Positions 1 through 14,551 of a stretch of DNA of 64,000 bases are shown piece by piece. The translations under genes and the position numbers were made by a program. The stretch is from Deltaproteobacteria bacterium (GTDB lineage Bacteria > Myxococcota_A > UBA9160 > SMWR01). Location: the NCBI GenBank assembly GCA_032128375.1, contig JAQBGU010000188.1:107458-171457 (forward strand). The letters are read 5' to 3'. Within the stretch, counting starts at the first letter, position 1. Each line of letters starts with the position of its first letter. The notes below the pieces were generated by a model. That model was given only the letters and a program-made list of their open reading frames with translations. It was not told the origin of the DNA and did not search any database.

Positions 1-486
1 GACCACGATCACATCCGCGATCGATGCGTATGGAACATTCAACTTGACTCCATTGAGTGTATCCCCGCCACTGAGCGCCCAGTCTTCCGGTTGCCATGCA
101 CCGCCGGATTCACCGAACGCCAGCGTTCCGATCGCATCACCGGTGGCCAGCCGAGGCAGCCAATTTTTCTTTTGCTCGTCGCTGCCGGCGAGTTGGATCG
201 CCAGCCCGGCGAGCACGTGACCGAAGAACGGCCCCGGTGCGCCGCCATAGCCCAAGGATTCCGCGACCAGCGCGAGGTCGATGATTTCGAGGCCCGCGCC
301 GCCGTACTGTTCGTCGAGATGCAGCCCAGCGAGCCCGAGTTCCACCATCCCCTTCCACAGCGATGCATCGAACCCGGTCTCGGACTCGAACACCTCGCGC
401 AAGTGGGTGGGTGGACATTCGTTCGTCATGAACTGCCGGATCGTGTCCTGCAGAAGTTCCTGCTCTTCCGAAATATCGAAATTCAT
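1..486 (-). CDS. Acyl-CoA dehydrogenase family protein (partial; 3' part runs off the window start)
   Basis: Not in the ORF track. Manual translation from ATG at 486 gives MNFDISEEQELLQDTIRQF...LWKGMVELGLAGLHLDEQYGGAGL, a typical ACAD N-terminus. It lies 3 nt downstream of the ACAD at 490-1698. Confidence 0.85.
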   Translation of the reverse strand, partial: MNFDISEEQELLQDTIRQFMTNECPPTHLREVFESETGFDASLWKGMVELGLAGLHLDEQYGGAGLEIIDLALVAESLGYGGAPGPFFGHVLAGLAIQLAGSDEQKKNWLPRLATGDAIGTLAFGESGGAWQPEDWALSGGDTLNGVKLNVPYASIADVIVV

Positions 487-489
487 CTG

Positions 490-1698
490 CTACGAGCTCC
501 TATTCGCGGCGCTGTCCCGCGGAAGACCAAGGCCGCGCTCGCCAATCACGTTGCGCTGGATATTGGCGGTACCACCGGCCACTGCGATCCCGAGCGAGTA
601 CATGTATTGGGTGATCCACGAGCGATTGTCGCTGGGCCGATATCCCGCTCGACTCGTTGAAGTCGGGTCGAGCAGGCCATCGTCGCCCAGCAGATCGAGC
701 GCCAACTTGGACACCTGGTGGCTGATGTTGGTCGAATTGAGCTTGTTCATCATTTGGATGATGCCGGGGTCTTCGCCACGCGCGTTCTTGGTCATCTGGC
801 GGTAACCCGAATACTCGTGCGCTCGGACGTATCCCTCGATCTCGGCAAGCCGTTGTCGAACCGACGGGTCTTCGATGTTGGGGCGACCGCCGCGGCTCGT
901 CGACTTCGCGAGGTGCAAGATGCCTTGGAACATCGCACTCGATTGCGCCGCTGCACCTATCGAGTTTCGTTCGTGCTTCAGCGTTGTTCGCGAAACCAAC
1001 CAGCCTTCACCGCGTTTGCCGACAATCCAGTCCTTCGGCGTTCGGACATCGGTCAAGAAAACTTCGTTGAAGTCGGAACCCCCGGTCATCTGCTTCAGCG
1101 GACGCACATCCATTCCTTCCTGCTTCATGTCGATCAGCAGGTACGAAATGCCGGCGTGCTTCGACGCATCGGGTTCCGTGCGCACCAGACAGAACATGTA
1201 ATCTGCGTCGACGGCACCGCTCGTCCAGATCTTCTGTCCGTTGATCACCCACTCGTCGCCGATGAGTTCGCCGCGGGTCTTCAGTGAAGCGAGATCACTC
1301 CCCGACCCCGGTTCGCTGTAGCCCTGACACCACGTGAGGTCTCCGCGGGTGGTGGGCGGGACGAACTTCTCCTTCTGCCACGCCGCGCCGCGTTCGAGCA
1401 GCGTGGGGACCAGCATCATCGTGCCGATTCCGGGCGGATCCATCGGCGCACGGGCGCGGGTGAATTCTTCCCGAAGAATGGCCCCGCGGATCTCGTCTGC
1501 GGGCTGTTCAGAGCCGCCGTACTGCTTGGGGATCGAACGGCGCAGGTACCCCCTCGCAGTGGCGTCGTCGCGAAACTGCCCGATCTCTTCCTTCGTCGGG
1601 TAGCGATCCTTGTCGCCAGCGGGGGGCCAAGTCGAACTCAGAAAGCTCCGCACCTCTTCGCGAAACTCGTCGTACTGCTTGCCATAACTCAGGTCCAT
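490..1698 (-). CDS. Acyl-CoA dehydrogenase
   Basis: Motifs WCQGYSEPGSGSDLA, NGQKIWTS, FNEVFLTDV and GGTANIQRNVIGERGLGLP; SD AGGAG upstream. Confidence 0.95.
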   Translation of the reverse strand: MDLSYGKQYDEFREEVRSFLSSTWPPAGDKDRYPTKEEIGQFRDDATARGYLRRSIPKQYGGSEQPADEIRGAILREEFTRARAPMDPPGIGTMMLVPTLLERGAAWQKEKFVPPTTRGDLTWCQGYSEPGSGSDLASLKTRGELIGDEWVINGQKIWTSGAVDADYMFCLVRTEPDASKHAGISYLLIDMKQEGMDVRPLKQMTGGSDFNEVFLTDVRTPKDWIVGKRGEGWLVSRTTLKHERNSIGAAAQSSAMFQGILHLAKSTSRGGRPNIEDPSVRQRLAEIEGYVRAHEYSGYRQMTKNARGEDPGIIQMMNKLNSTNISHQVSKLALDLLGDDGLLDPTSTSRAGYRPSDNRSWITQYMYSLGIAVAGGTANIQRNVIGERGLGLPRDSAANRSS

Positions 1699-1774
1699 CG
1701 AGATTCTCCTGAAGTGCGGGGATGCAGTTCGGGACGTCGCCCGAGCGCCCTGCCGTCGAATTTGTCATGGGGTG

Positions 1775-1799
1775 TATTGACAGTCAGCGCGTCAGTATA
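1775..1799. promoter_or_regulatory. Imperfect inverted repeat (operator-like) overlapping a minus-strand TATACT -10 element
   Basis: TATTGAC-agtcagcgc-GTCAGTA in the divergent ACAD/queC intergenic region. Confidence 0.35.
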
Positions 1800-2039
1800 A
1801 CCGGTTCGAGCCGGGATTCGATCTCGCCTCGGATGCGACCTTCTGGTGGCCGTTCAGCAGTGGCCCGTCTGCGACTTCCCTTCGCGAACATTGCGTGGAT
1901 CTCATGCGACCCCAGGCCCGCTAGCCCGGCGCCTCAGCGCGAATTCTTCGCATTCTTCGTCTTCGCCCCGCTTCACTTCGTGTACCGTCGTTCGGAATGA
2001 TGCACGTCGGCCACACATGAGTGACGACGGAGGTTCCTC

Positions 2040-2807
2040 ATGAGCGCTGAAGGGCGACACGAGATCAGAACAGAGAACGAAAAAGGCAGCCGAACTGAGA
2101 AACACAGCAGCGCCGTCGTTCTCTTGAGCGGTGGTTTGGATTCGACCACTACGCTGGCGATCGCGAAGCAACAGGGCTTTGACATCCATGCCATGACCTT
2201 CCGGTACGGGCAGCCGCATCAAATCGAAATCGAAGCCGCGCGGCGCGTCACCGAGCACTTCGGTGTAGTGGAGCATGTGATCGTAGATTTCGACCTGCGA
2301 CTCTTCGGCGGATCTGCGCTCACCAGCGATCTCGCCATACCCAAGGGGCGCTCCATCGAAGAGATGGCTTCAGGCATCCCGATCACCTACGTCCCGGCGC
2401 GTAACACGATTTTCCTGTCCTTCGCCCTCGCGTGGGCGGAAGTCTTGAAGTGCGAAGACATCTTCATCGGTGTAAATGCATTGGACTACAGCGGCTATCC
2501 GGACTGCCGGCCGGAGTACATCGAGGCCTACCAGCAGATGGCCAACCTGGCTACGCGCGAAGGCGTAGAGGGTCGTCAACGATTGACTATCCACACGCCG
2601 CTGCTCCAACTCACGAAGGCACAGATCGTTCGCCGTGGACTCGAGCTCGGTGTCGACTACAGCCTCACCTGCACCTGCTACGACCCGTCGTCAGCGGGTG
2701 AAGCGTGTGGAGAGTGCGACGCCTGCCTGCTTCGGCTGAAGGGATTCGCCGAGAACGGACTGCGGGATCCAGTTCGCTACCGAAAGGATCCACAGGCGTC
2801 CGCTTGA
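2040..2807 (+). CDS. queC: 7-cyano-7-deazaguanine (preQ0) synthase
   Basis: SGGLDS PP-loop, [16 protein letters not shown], and Zn motif C...CGECDAC; SD GGAGG upstream. Confidence 0.97.
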   Translation: MSAEGRHEIRTENEKGSRTEKHSSAVVLLSGGLDSTTTLAIAKQQGFDIHAMTFRYGQPHQIEIEAARRVTEHFGVVEHVIVDFDLRLFGGSALTSDLAIPKGRSIEEMASGIPITYVPARNTIFLSFALAWAEVLKCEDIFIGVNALDYSGYPDCRPEYIEAYQQMANLATREGVEGRQRLTIHTPLLQLTKAQIVRRGLELGVDYSLTCTCYDPSSAGEACGECDACLLRLKGFAENGLRDPVRYRKDPQASA

Positions 2808-3753
2808 TTGACGACGACGCGCCCGTCCATTCCGCTGACGACGAACCTGACGACGTCGTTGATCAGGCGCTGGTGAGCCTGGCTAAGGAGCTGGCCGAGC
2901 AGCTGGCCGACCGCTATCGCATCGAACCCGAAAACGCCTATATGTCGTTTGTCGAGTCGTGGTTGAACAATCGACCGCTGCGAGAACAAGCCGCTCGCGA
3001 ATCTGATCATCGGCGCTTGAAGCGAACCCGCGCCTACAAGCAAGCAGCAGATAAGGTCAAGACGATCACCTACAACAGCCTTCGGAAATACAAACAACAA
3101 ACACAACAGATGGCAGAAGGTGTGGACGCACTCGGCGAGCTTGCCAATGAAGGTGTCGACCCGAAAGACCCCCGCGCCATCGCTGCCCGCGAGCGAATCG
3201 TCGCCTCGCATGTCAGCACGCGCGAGCGACTGCCCGATCTCGAAGCTTTCCTCGCCGCGCTTTTCGAGCTGGCCCCAGAGCCGACGAGCATCCTGGATAT
3301 CGGCTGCGGTCTGCAGCCCCTCCTCTACCCGTTCGAACGTGACGGTGGTGTCACGTCGCACTACCTCGCCCTCGACAAGGACAGCTCGATCGTCGCGGCC
3401 GTCAACGGCTGGGGGCGACTCGTCGGCGGGCGGCGTCTGCAAGCGCGGCGCTGGTCTCTATCCGAGGGATTCGAAAGCGTGATCGGCCCCGAGTCCGACG
3501 GAATCTTCTCACTCGCTCTGGGCCTGAAACTGATCCCAGTGCTGGCGCGGCAGGAGCGCAACCAGTTGCCACTGTTTCGAGACATTCCCGCACGGCGTTT
3601 CCTGATCAGCGGTGCACGCGAATCGATGGTCAAACGCCGGAACATCGAACGGCGCGAAAGAGCCAGCCTGCTCGCCTTCGCCGACGCATTGGGCTTTCAA
3701 GTCCTCGGAACACTCGAAACTGGGAGCGAGCTGGGTCTGCTGCTGGAGACCCG

Positions 3754-3757
<4 letters not shown>
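2804..3757 (+). CDS. FmrO/ArmA/Rmt-family-like SAM-dependent methyltransferase (16S m7G1405-type fold)
   Basis: Motifs [20 protein letters not shown] and [11 protein letters not shown]. Probable TTG start overlaps the queC stop (TTGA); the track ORF starts at 2705. Confidence 0.75.
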
Positions 3758-8032
<4,275 letters not shown>

Positions 8033-8121
8033 CTAATCCAATGCCCACAGCCGGTCGTTGAAATTTTCTGCGGGAGCCGGGTGACGGGAGGAATGATTCA
8101 GCCGCCCGCTACAATCGACGG

Positions 8122-9495
8122 CTACAGGTCATGGTCCGCGACCGGAGGTTCCGACCGGGCCAACTCGCGGCGCAACGCATCCGCCTCGCGAGCGACTTGC
8201 TGGCCCTTCCATGAATTCAGCGGGTAAAGCTCTTCCGCGAGTTCGAGCAGTCTCAGCGCTTCTGTACGGCGCGAGTCGGCAATCATCAGCCCAGCGACGA
8301 TCCGCGCCGCATCGGCGAAATGGGAATCGAGCCCGCTGGCCTGACGCGCCCAGCCCGCAGCGAGCTGGCGCGAGACCCCGATGTTTTGGGCTTCTTCGAT
8401 TCCGGCAGCGCGGAACCCCAGGTTTGCGCTGAGCGCGCCGAGGTACGCATCGATGGCGCGTCGCAGATCGATGAACGGCAACACGTTGTGCTCGATCCCA
8501 CCGGGTCCGAACGATCGTGCCAGCATGGCCTGGGCGATCCGGTAGCTGCCCATGTCAAGCTTGAACGACGTGCCGGTCGGGTTCATCAACGACTCTTCCT
8601 CATCGAGCACGTGAATCGCGCCGTACAGGTGCAGCAGTTCGTGCGATAGCACGCGGCTCTGGCACGCCCCCGGTTCCATGCGAATCGCCAGTGAGCGGCC
8701 GAGCAACTCGGCGACTCCCTTTTTCCAGACACCCGGCAAGGGCGGAACCGGACGCCCGGTGATTACAGCCGCAATACCCTCCTCTGGAGGTGAAACCTTC
8801 TCTACGAAGTCGCGATACATCGCATCCAGATCGTCTGCTTGCCCGCCCGGATCGAATGCACTGATCGCGATCGGAACAAAGCGCGTCTTCAGAACTTCAT
8901 CGAGTGAGTTCGACGCGGAAAGCCACGCCGTGCGCAGCGCGAAACGCCACCCGGCGCTCGAGCGCAGCGCAGCGTCGGCGTACACATGAACCGGAACCAC
9001 ACGCCGCGCGCGCCAATTGGGGCTTCTCTCTCGAAGCATCAGCAGCGCCTCGAGGGCAGAAGCCGGATCCAGATCGGCGAGCCACACCGCCTTTTCGAGT
9101 AGCTCGAGCGATTCATCGAGTCGGCCGTCCTGCGCGAGCGCCTCTCCGCCACGCACGAGCGCCGCCGGATCATAGGGGTGATCCATCGCGCGGCGAATCC
9201 TCGCCTGCCGGTCGGCCAACGCGTCTCGTGGCGCGGGTCCCGACAGTTCGGACAATCGAGCATGACTGGCCGGATGCGTCGAGTCGAGCTCCAACACATT
9301 AGTGAGCGAGCGGATTTCGGCATCGTGGTCGGCGATGCTGCGTTCAGCAGCTGCTCGGGCCAACCACGTCGCCACCGAATCCTCGTGAAGTGATTCGGCA
9401 GCGGCCAACGAACTAATCAGGGCGGCGGCGAGAGCACACATTCCAACAGAGACGGAGTGGTTATGCATATTCGAACGACTCGAAGCGGGGATCAC
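8122..9495 (-). CDS. Exported TPR-like protein with a metzincin zinc-protease motif
   Basis: Hydrophobic N-terminal signal-like segment, helical repeats, HELLHLYGAIH followed by SLMNP. GTG start overlaps the sucA stop; alternative ATG at 9468. Confidence 0.65.
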   Translation of the reverse strand: MIPASSRSNMHNHSVSVGMCALAAALISSLAAAESLHEDSVATWLARAAAERSIADHDAEIRSLTNVLELDSTHPASHARLSELSGPAPRDALADRQARIRRAMDHPYDPAALVRGGEALAQDGRLDESLELLEKAVWLADLDPASALEALLMLRERSPNWRARRVVPVHVYADAALRSSAGWRFALRTAWLSASNSLDEVLKTRFVPIAISAFDPGGQADDLDAMYRDFVEKVSPPEEGIAAVITGRPVPPLPGVWKKGVAELLGRSLAIRMEPGACQSRVLSHELLHLYGAIHVLDEEESLMNPTGTSFKLDMGSYRIAQAMLARSFGPGGIEHNVLPFIDLRRAIDAYLGALSANLGFRAAGIEEAQNIGVSRQLAAGWARQASGLDSHFADAARIVAGLMIADSRRTEALRLLELAEELYPLNSWKGQQVAREADALRRELARSEPPVADHDL

Positions 9496-12317
9496 CTTTC
9501 GGTAAGCCTTGCGAACGCGCTGTCGAGGAGTTCCGCGAGTTCGAGGCGATGAATCCGCATGGATCCGGTGGCTGGGCTCGCGCTCTCACGCCGCCCCGCA
9601 TAAGCGAGCTTCTGGGTCGATCGCAGTTTCCCCTGGATCCGCTCGCGCACGAAAGTCCACGCGCCCATGTTCGCGGGCTCTTCTTGCGCCCAGGCCACCT
9701 GCGTCGCACGCGAATAGCGCCCGAACAAGGCCGTGATAGCGTCCGCCGGCCACGGATACAGCTGCTCGATTCGAATCAGCGCGACCGTCGCAGGGTCACG
9801 AAAACGCTTGGCGCGCTCCCCGAGCAGGTCGTAGTAGACCTTGCCACTGCACAGGATCACCCGCTGCACGCGATCGGAATTTTCGAGCGCGTGCGGGTCC
9901 TCGATCAGCGGCTCGAATCGTCCCCGGGCGAGCTCTTCGGCCGTTGAAACGGCCAGTGGGCTCCGCAGCAGGCTCTTGGGTGTAAAAATGACCAGTGGCG
10001 CGCGGTACGGGCGTCGCATCTGCCGGCGCAACACATGGAAGTATTGAGCGGGCGTCGTGCAGTTGACGACCTGCAGCGCGTCGTCCGCACAGGACTGCAG
10101 AAATCGCTCGATGCGAGCACTCGAGTGTTCCGGGCCCTGCCCTTCGAACCCGTGCGGAAGCAGCACGACCAGGCCGCTCATTCGCTGCCACTTCACATGC
10201 GCCGTAAACAGGAATTGATCGAAGATCACCTGGGCGCCGTTCGCGAAATCGCCGAACTGCGCCTCCCAGATCGTCAGCGTGGTCGGGTCGGCGAGGCTGT
10301 AGCCATACTCGAAGCCGAGCACGGCGGCCTCGGACAACAGGCTGTCATACGCTTCGAAGCGCGCCTGTGTCTCCGATAGGTGATCGAGCGGGAGGTAATC
10401 CTGCTCGGTCTTCTGGTCGACGATCACGGCGTGTCGGTGGCTGAATGTTCCCCGTCGGCTGTCCTGGCCGGACAAGCGCACCGGAGTGCCCTCGACCAAC
10501 AGGGACCCGAACGCAAGCGCCTCGCCCATCGCCCAGTCGATGGGTCCGCCATCGGCGACCGACTTCTGCCGGCGCTCCATCAGCTTGACGAGCTTGGGGT
10601 GCGCGTTGAAACTGCTGGGAATCGCTCCGATGCCTTCGGCGAGTCGGGACAGTTGTTCGATCGGAACGCAGGTTTCACGTTCTTCCGCATCGCAGGTCCG
10701 CTCGAAACCCGTCCAGGGACCATTGGGCTCATAGGGCTCGTCTGGGCCGGGAGGACGCGTCTCGATGACCTCCAGTGCGTGACTGAGCTGGTCGTTCAGA
10801 TCGTTTTCGATGCAATCCGCATCCTCGCGCCCGATCACTCCGAGCTGGATCAACTTGTCGGTGTAGATCTGCCGGACAGAGCTCTTCTGGCGAATCTTCT
10901 CGTACAGCAACGGTTGAGTGAAGCTGGGCTCATCGCCCTCGTTGTGACCGTGGCGGCGGTAGCAGACGAGATCGATCACGACGTCCTCGCTGAATCGGCT
11001 GCGATAAAGCATTGCGAGTTTCACCACGTGTACGACCGCCTCGGGATCGTCGCCGTTCACGTGAAAGATGGGTACCTGGATCATCTTCGCGACGTCGGTG
11101 CAGTACAACGTGGAACGCGCGGCTGCCGGCGTCGTGGTGAAGCCGATCTGGTTGTCGACGACGATATGGATCGTTCCACCGTTCGAATATCCGACCAGAT
11201 TCGACAAGTTCAGCGTCTCGGCGACGATTCCCTGGCCGGCGAATGCGGCATCGCCGTGAATCAGCACAGGGATGACCTTCTCGCCACGGTTGTCGCCCGC
11301 GCGGACTTGCTTGGCCCGAGTGCGCCCTTCGACGACCGGATCGACCGCCTCGAGGTGCGACGGATTCGCTGTCAATGACAGGTGGATCGGCTTGCCGCTG
11401 CTTGTGCGTCGATCGTTTGAATAACCCTTGTGATACTTCACATCACCAGATCCGAAGGGGCTGTCGATCATCGGACTGTCTTCGAATTCGGAGAAGATCG
11501 ATTCCAGCGACTTGCAAAGGATGTTCGACAACACGTTCAGCCGGCCACGGTGCGCCATCCCGATCACCAACTCCTGGCCACCGAATTCGGGTGCCTGCTC
11601 GACGATGGTGTCAAGTAGTGGGATCAGCGCCTCGGAACCCTCCAGCGAGAAGCGCTTCTGCCCAACGAAGCGTGCGGCGAGGAAGCGCTCGAATAGCTCC
11701 GAAGCCGCCAGCTTTCGGAGAATTCGCAGGCGCTCCGACGTATCGAGCGTACTCGTATTCTGCGATTCCTCGATACGACTCTGAATCCACGCCTTGCGCC
11801 CCGGGTCCTGGACATGGCTGAACTCGACACCCACTTTGCGACAATAGGTAGCCCGCAGGCGCTGTAAAATCTCGCGCAGCGTCTGGACCGCCCCGCCGGG
11901 CAAGTTGCCAGCGATGAACGATTGCTCGAGCTCTTCGGTCCCAAAACCGTAGTGGGCCGGGTCCAGCTCAGGGAAGTAGGCGTTGCTTCCGCCGAGCGGG
12001 TCGGTGTCGGCGATCCGATGCCCGCGCGAGCGGTAGGCGTGGATCATTCGCAGCACGCGCGCGTGGCGATCGGCCAATTGGTTCGCGAGCGGGGAACGCA
12101 TCGTCGCGGCTGCTTGGCCGTCGGCTACCGGCGCATCCGCTACACGCTCCCCGATCGGTTCGTGCGATGCGTCAAACTGCTTCGCCCAGCTCGAATCGAC
12201 TGAATCTGGGTCGACCTCGTAGCGCTCGTAAATGTCCCCGACGGCCCCAGCATTGACCCCGAAGGCGCTCAGTGAATCGAAGACGGGTGATCGCTTGCGC
12301 TGAGCATTGCGTTCCAT
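9492..12317 (-). CDS. sucA: 2-oxoglutarate dehydrogenase E1 component
   Basis: Motifs KRFSLEG, GMAHRGRLN, GDVKYH, HGDAAFAGQG, WEAQFGDF and GPEHSSAR. Start uncertain (ORF open to 12368). Confidence 0.95.
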   Translation of the reverse strand: MERNAQRKRSPVFDSLSAFGVNAGAVGDIYERYEVDPDSVDSSWAKQFDASHEPIGERVADAPVADGQAAATMRSPLANQLADRHARVLRMIHAYRSRGHRIADTDPLGGSNAYFPELDPAHYGFGTEELEQSFIAGNLPGGAVQTLREILQRLRATYCRKVGVEFSHVQDPGRKAWIQSRIEESQNTSTLDTSERLRILRKLAASELFERFLAARFVGQKRFSLEGSEALIPLLDTIVEQAPEFGGQELVIGMAHRGRLNVLSNILCKSLESIFSEFEDSPMIDSPFGSGDVKYHKGYSNDRRTSSGKPIHLSLTANPSHLEAVDPVVEGRTRAKQVRAGDNRGEKVIPVLIHGDAAFAGQGIVAETLNLSNLVGYSNGGTIHIVVDNQIGFTTTPAAARSTLYCTDVAKMIQVPIFHVNGDDPEAVVHVVKLAMLYRSRFSEDVVIDLVCYRRHGHNEGDEPSFTQPLLYEKIRQKSSVRQIYTDKLIQLGVIGREDADCIENDLNDQLSHALEVIETRPPGPDEPYEPNGPWTGFERTCDAEERETCVPIEQLSRLAEGIGAIPSSFNAHPKLVKLMERRQKSVADGGPIDWAMGEALAFGSLLVEGTPVRLSGQDSRRGTFSHRHAVIVDQKTEQDYLPLDHLSETQARFEAYDSLLSEAAVLGFEYGYSLADPTTLTIWEAQFGDFANGAQVIFDQFLFTAHVKWQRMSGLVVLLPHGFEGQGPEHSSARIERFLQSCADDALQVVNCTTPAQYFHVLRRQMRRPYRAPLVIFTPKSLLRSPLAVSTAEELARGRFEPLIEDPHALENSDRVQRVILCSGKVYYDLLGERAKRFRDPATVALIRIEQLYPWPADAITALFGRYSRATQVAWAQEEPANMGAWTFVRERIQGKLRSTQKLAYAGRRESASPATGSMRIHRLELAELLDSAFARLTER

Positions 12318-12466
12318 CTTCCGGCCCAGAACTCCTCGACTGCGCTGCGACACCAACAGGGTGCGCAACGTCTACAGGGAACTCCTGAATCGGCGGAAGC
12401 TCGGCGGCGCTCAAGCAAAATGCCGGGATATCGACTCAACCGGCATTTCTGTGACAACAGCGGAAG

Positions 12467-13078
12467 TCAGGCTTCTGGCACCGCCATTCCGCGCTGGACC
12501 GCGGGGCGCTCGGCAATCCGCTCTACCCATGCCACCACCCGCGTCTGTGACATCAATAGCGGGATCTTCATGTTGAGCATCAAGCCTAGCCAGCCGTGGT
12601 GCATGATGTCCGCGATCGAGTACTCGCCAGCCAGAAACGGACGGCCATCCGACAGAATCCGGTCCAGCACGCCGAGTAGGCGCGTCACTTCATCGGTGAA
12701 AATTTGCAACATCTCAGCATTCTGTTCCGCTTCGGGGCGTCTCATCTGCGAGGCCAAACGGCCCAGATTCGGCCCGATTCCGCCAGTCTGAAAAAACGCG
12801 TACTGAATGGCGTGGATGCGATCCGCCGGATCGGCCGGCAGGAGCTTTCCGTATTTCTCGGCCAGGTAGAGCAGGATTGCGCCGGATTCCCAGATCACCA
12901 GACCGTCGTCGTCGATTACCGGCACTTTGTGGTTCGGGCACACCGCAAGGAACTCGTCGGTCGGGTGGTCCGATGCTTGAAGGTCGACCTTGATGACCTC
13001 GTACGGTACGCCGATCTCCTCGAGTGCGATCGAGGCTTTTCGTCCGTTGGGGGTAGCGGCGGTGTATAGCTTGATCAG
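12467..13078 (-). CDS. Glutathione S-transferase family protein (YfcG/YghU-like), probable CTG start
   Basis: The frame extends upstream of the track start (12943) as LIKLYTAATPNGRKASIALEE; also KVPVI, WESGAIL and YSIADI motifs. SD AGGAG precedes the CTG at 13078. Confidence 0.85.
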   Translation of the reverse strand: MIKLYTAATPNGRKASIALEEIGVPYEVIKVDLQASDHPTDEFLAVCPNHKVPVIDDDGLVIWESGAILLYLAEKYGKLLPADPADRIHAIQYAFFQTGGIGPNLGRLASQMRRPEAEQNAEMLQIFTDEVTRLLGVLDRILSDGRPFLAGEYSIADIMHHGWLGLMLNMKIPLLMSQTRVVAWVERIAERPAVQRGMAVPEA

Positions 13079-13127
13079 ACTGACTCTCCTCGCGGTCGCG
13101 GGGCGGATGTGCGTCTTGCGGGTGGCT

Positions 13128-13454
13128 TCACGGCGCCGGCGCGAGAATCGCCAACACGACCAGACGTCCGGAGCCGCTGTTTCGAATCCCGTGCGCGACG
13201 CCTTCAGGTGCGACCAACATCACCCCGGGCTCCATCGCGACCTCACGGTCTTCGAGTAGGAACGCGCCAGTCCCTTCCAGCACGTGATAAACCTTGTCCA
13301 TTTCGGGGTGGGCGTGGAGTTTGTGTTCCTGCCCGGGTTCGAAGCAATTGAGCCCGACCATGATCCGCTGAGAGCGGAAAATGGTCGCCTTTCCCATTTT
13401 CTCCGCAGAGAAGACCGCGTGTTGCTCTGGGCGAATCGCGCTGGGGTGCTCCAT
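13128..13454 (-). CDS. Cupin domain protein
   Basis: HKLHAH...YHVLEG...PEGVAHG cupin motifs; SD GAGGA. Confidence 0.85.
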   Translation of the reverse strand: MEHPSAIRPEQHAVFSAEKMGKATIFRSQRIMVGLNCFEPGQEHKLHAHPEMDKVYHVLEGTGAFLLEDREVAMEPGVMLVAPEGVAHGIRNSGSGRLVVLAILAPAP

Positions 13455-13633
13455 GATCCTCTCTGGGCCTGGGCAGATTGAGCCAGGCAGACTGAGAACT
13501 CGCCGAACTATACCTCGCTATCCGGCGCCTCACCTCGGGCCCGACCCGACGCCCCTGTGCGCGGTAGACTAATCTCAACAGCGCCAACACGCTGTGGAAA
13601 GGTATTTTGGTCGAACTTCCCTCACAAAGCGAC

Positions 13634-14527
13634 ATGAAAGCCGATGCCGCTGCGCAGCGATCGGCCGCACCGGCCTGGTTGCGGCTGATGCGGCCTCGGC
13701 AGTGGTCGAAAAATCTGTTGGTGTTCGCGGCGTTGGTCTTTGCGGATCGGTTGCTATCGATGGATTCGGTACAGCTGGCGCTGATGGGATTCGCCTCATT
13801 TTGCCTGGCGAGTTCTTCGACGTACATCGTGAACGACCTTTTGGATGTGGAGCGGGATCGTCTCCACCCGACCAAACGCCTGCGGCCGATCGCATCCGGC
13901 GAGGTCACGACAAGCACCGCCATCGCGATGACGGTGGTCCTGACTGCGAGCTCGTTTGCGGTCGCTGCGTGGATCGGCTGGATGTTCAGCGCAGCGATTG
14001 TCACCTACGTCGTCCAGGTGCACTTCTACTCGATGATCGGCAAGCACATCGTGATCTTGGACACGATGCTTGTCGCAGCCGGTTTCGTGCTCCGAGCGGT
14101 AGGCGGTGCAATCGCAATCAACGTCGCCTCGTCGAATTGGTTCGTGCTGTGCACGTTTTTCGCCGCGCTGTTTCTGGCGCTGACCAAGCGCCGAGCCGAA
14201 AAACTCGCTCTGCGTGGCGATGCGGTCAACACGCGATCGGTACTCGAGCAGTACACCGATTCGACGCTTGCCGCCTATATCGCGGCGGCCGTCGCTGTCA
14301 CCACGATCAGTTATGCGCTCTACGTGATCGACGCCTCCACCCACTACCCCCGGCTACCGCTGACGGTTCCATTCGTGGTATTTGCAGTGTTTCGCTACCT
14401 CCACCTGGTCGAGACCGCCGGCCTGGGAGAGAAGCCCGAAGACGTGTTTTTCGAGGATCGCCCGTTTCAGATCGGCGTGATCGCATTTGTCGTGGCGGCG
14501 CTGGCCGCATTGTATTGGGGAGTCTGA
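13634..14527 (+). CDS. UbiA-family prenyltransferase (decaprenyl-phosphate phosphoribosyltransferase-like)
   Basis: Motifs RPRQWSKN, YIVNDLLD.ERDRLHPTKRLRPIASG and KRRAE; multiple TM segments. Confidence 0.88.
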   Translation: MKADAAAQRSAAPAWLRLMRPRQWSKNLLVFAALVFADRLLSMDSVQLALMGFASFCLASSSTYIVNDLLDVERDRLHPTKRLRPIASGEVTTSTAIAMTVVLTASSFAVAAWIGWMFSAAIVTYVVQVHFYSMIGKHIVILDTMLVAAGFVLRAVGGAIAINVASSNWFVLCTFFAALFLALTKRRAEKLALRGDAVNTRSVLEQYTDSTLAAYIAAAVAVTTISYALYVIDASTHYPRLPLTVPFVVFAVFRYLHLVETAGLGEKPEDVFFEDRPFQIGVIAFVVAALAALYWGV

Positions 14528-14551
14528 GTCCATTTTCGGGTCGGTGACGCC

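Noticed and set aside
1777..1801. TTGACA...TATAAC as a sigma70 promoter for queC
   Set aside because: The spacer is only 13 nt, against the usual 16-18.
1900..2040. preQ1 riboswitch upstream of queC
   Set aside because: No recognisable class I stem with an A-rich 3' tail; the GAGG-TT-CCTC hairpin has too small a loop. A covariance-model search would be needed to exclude it fully.
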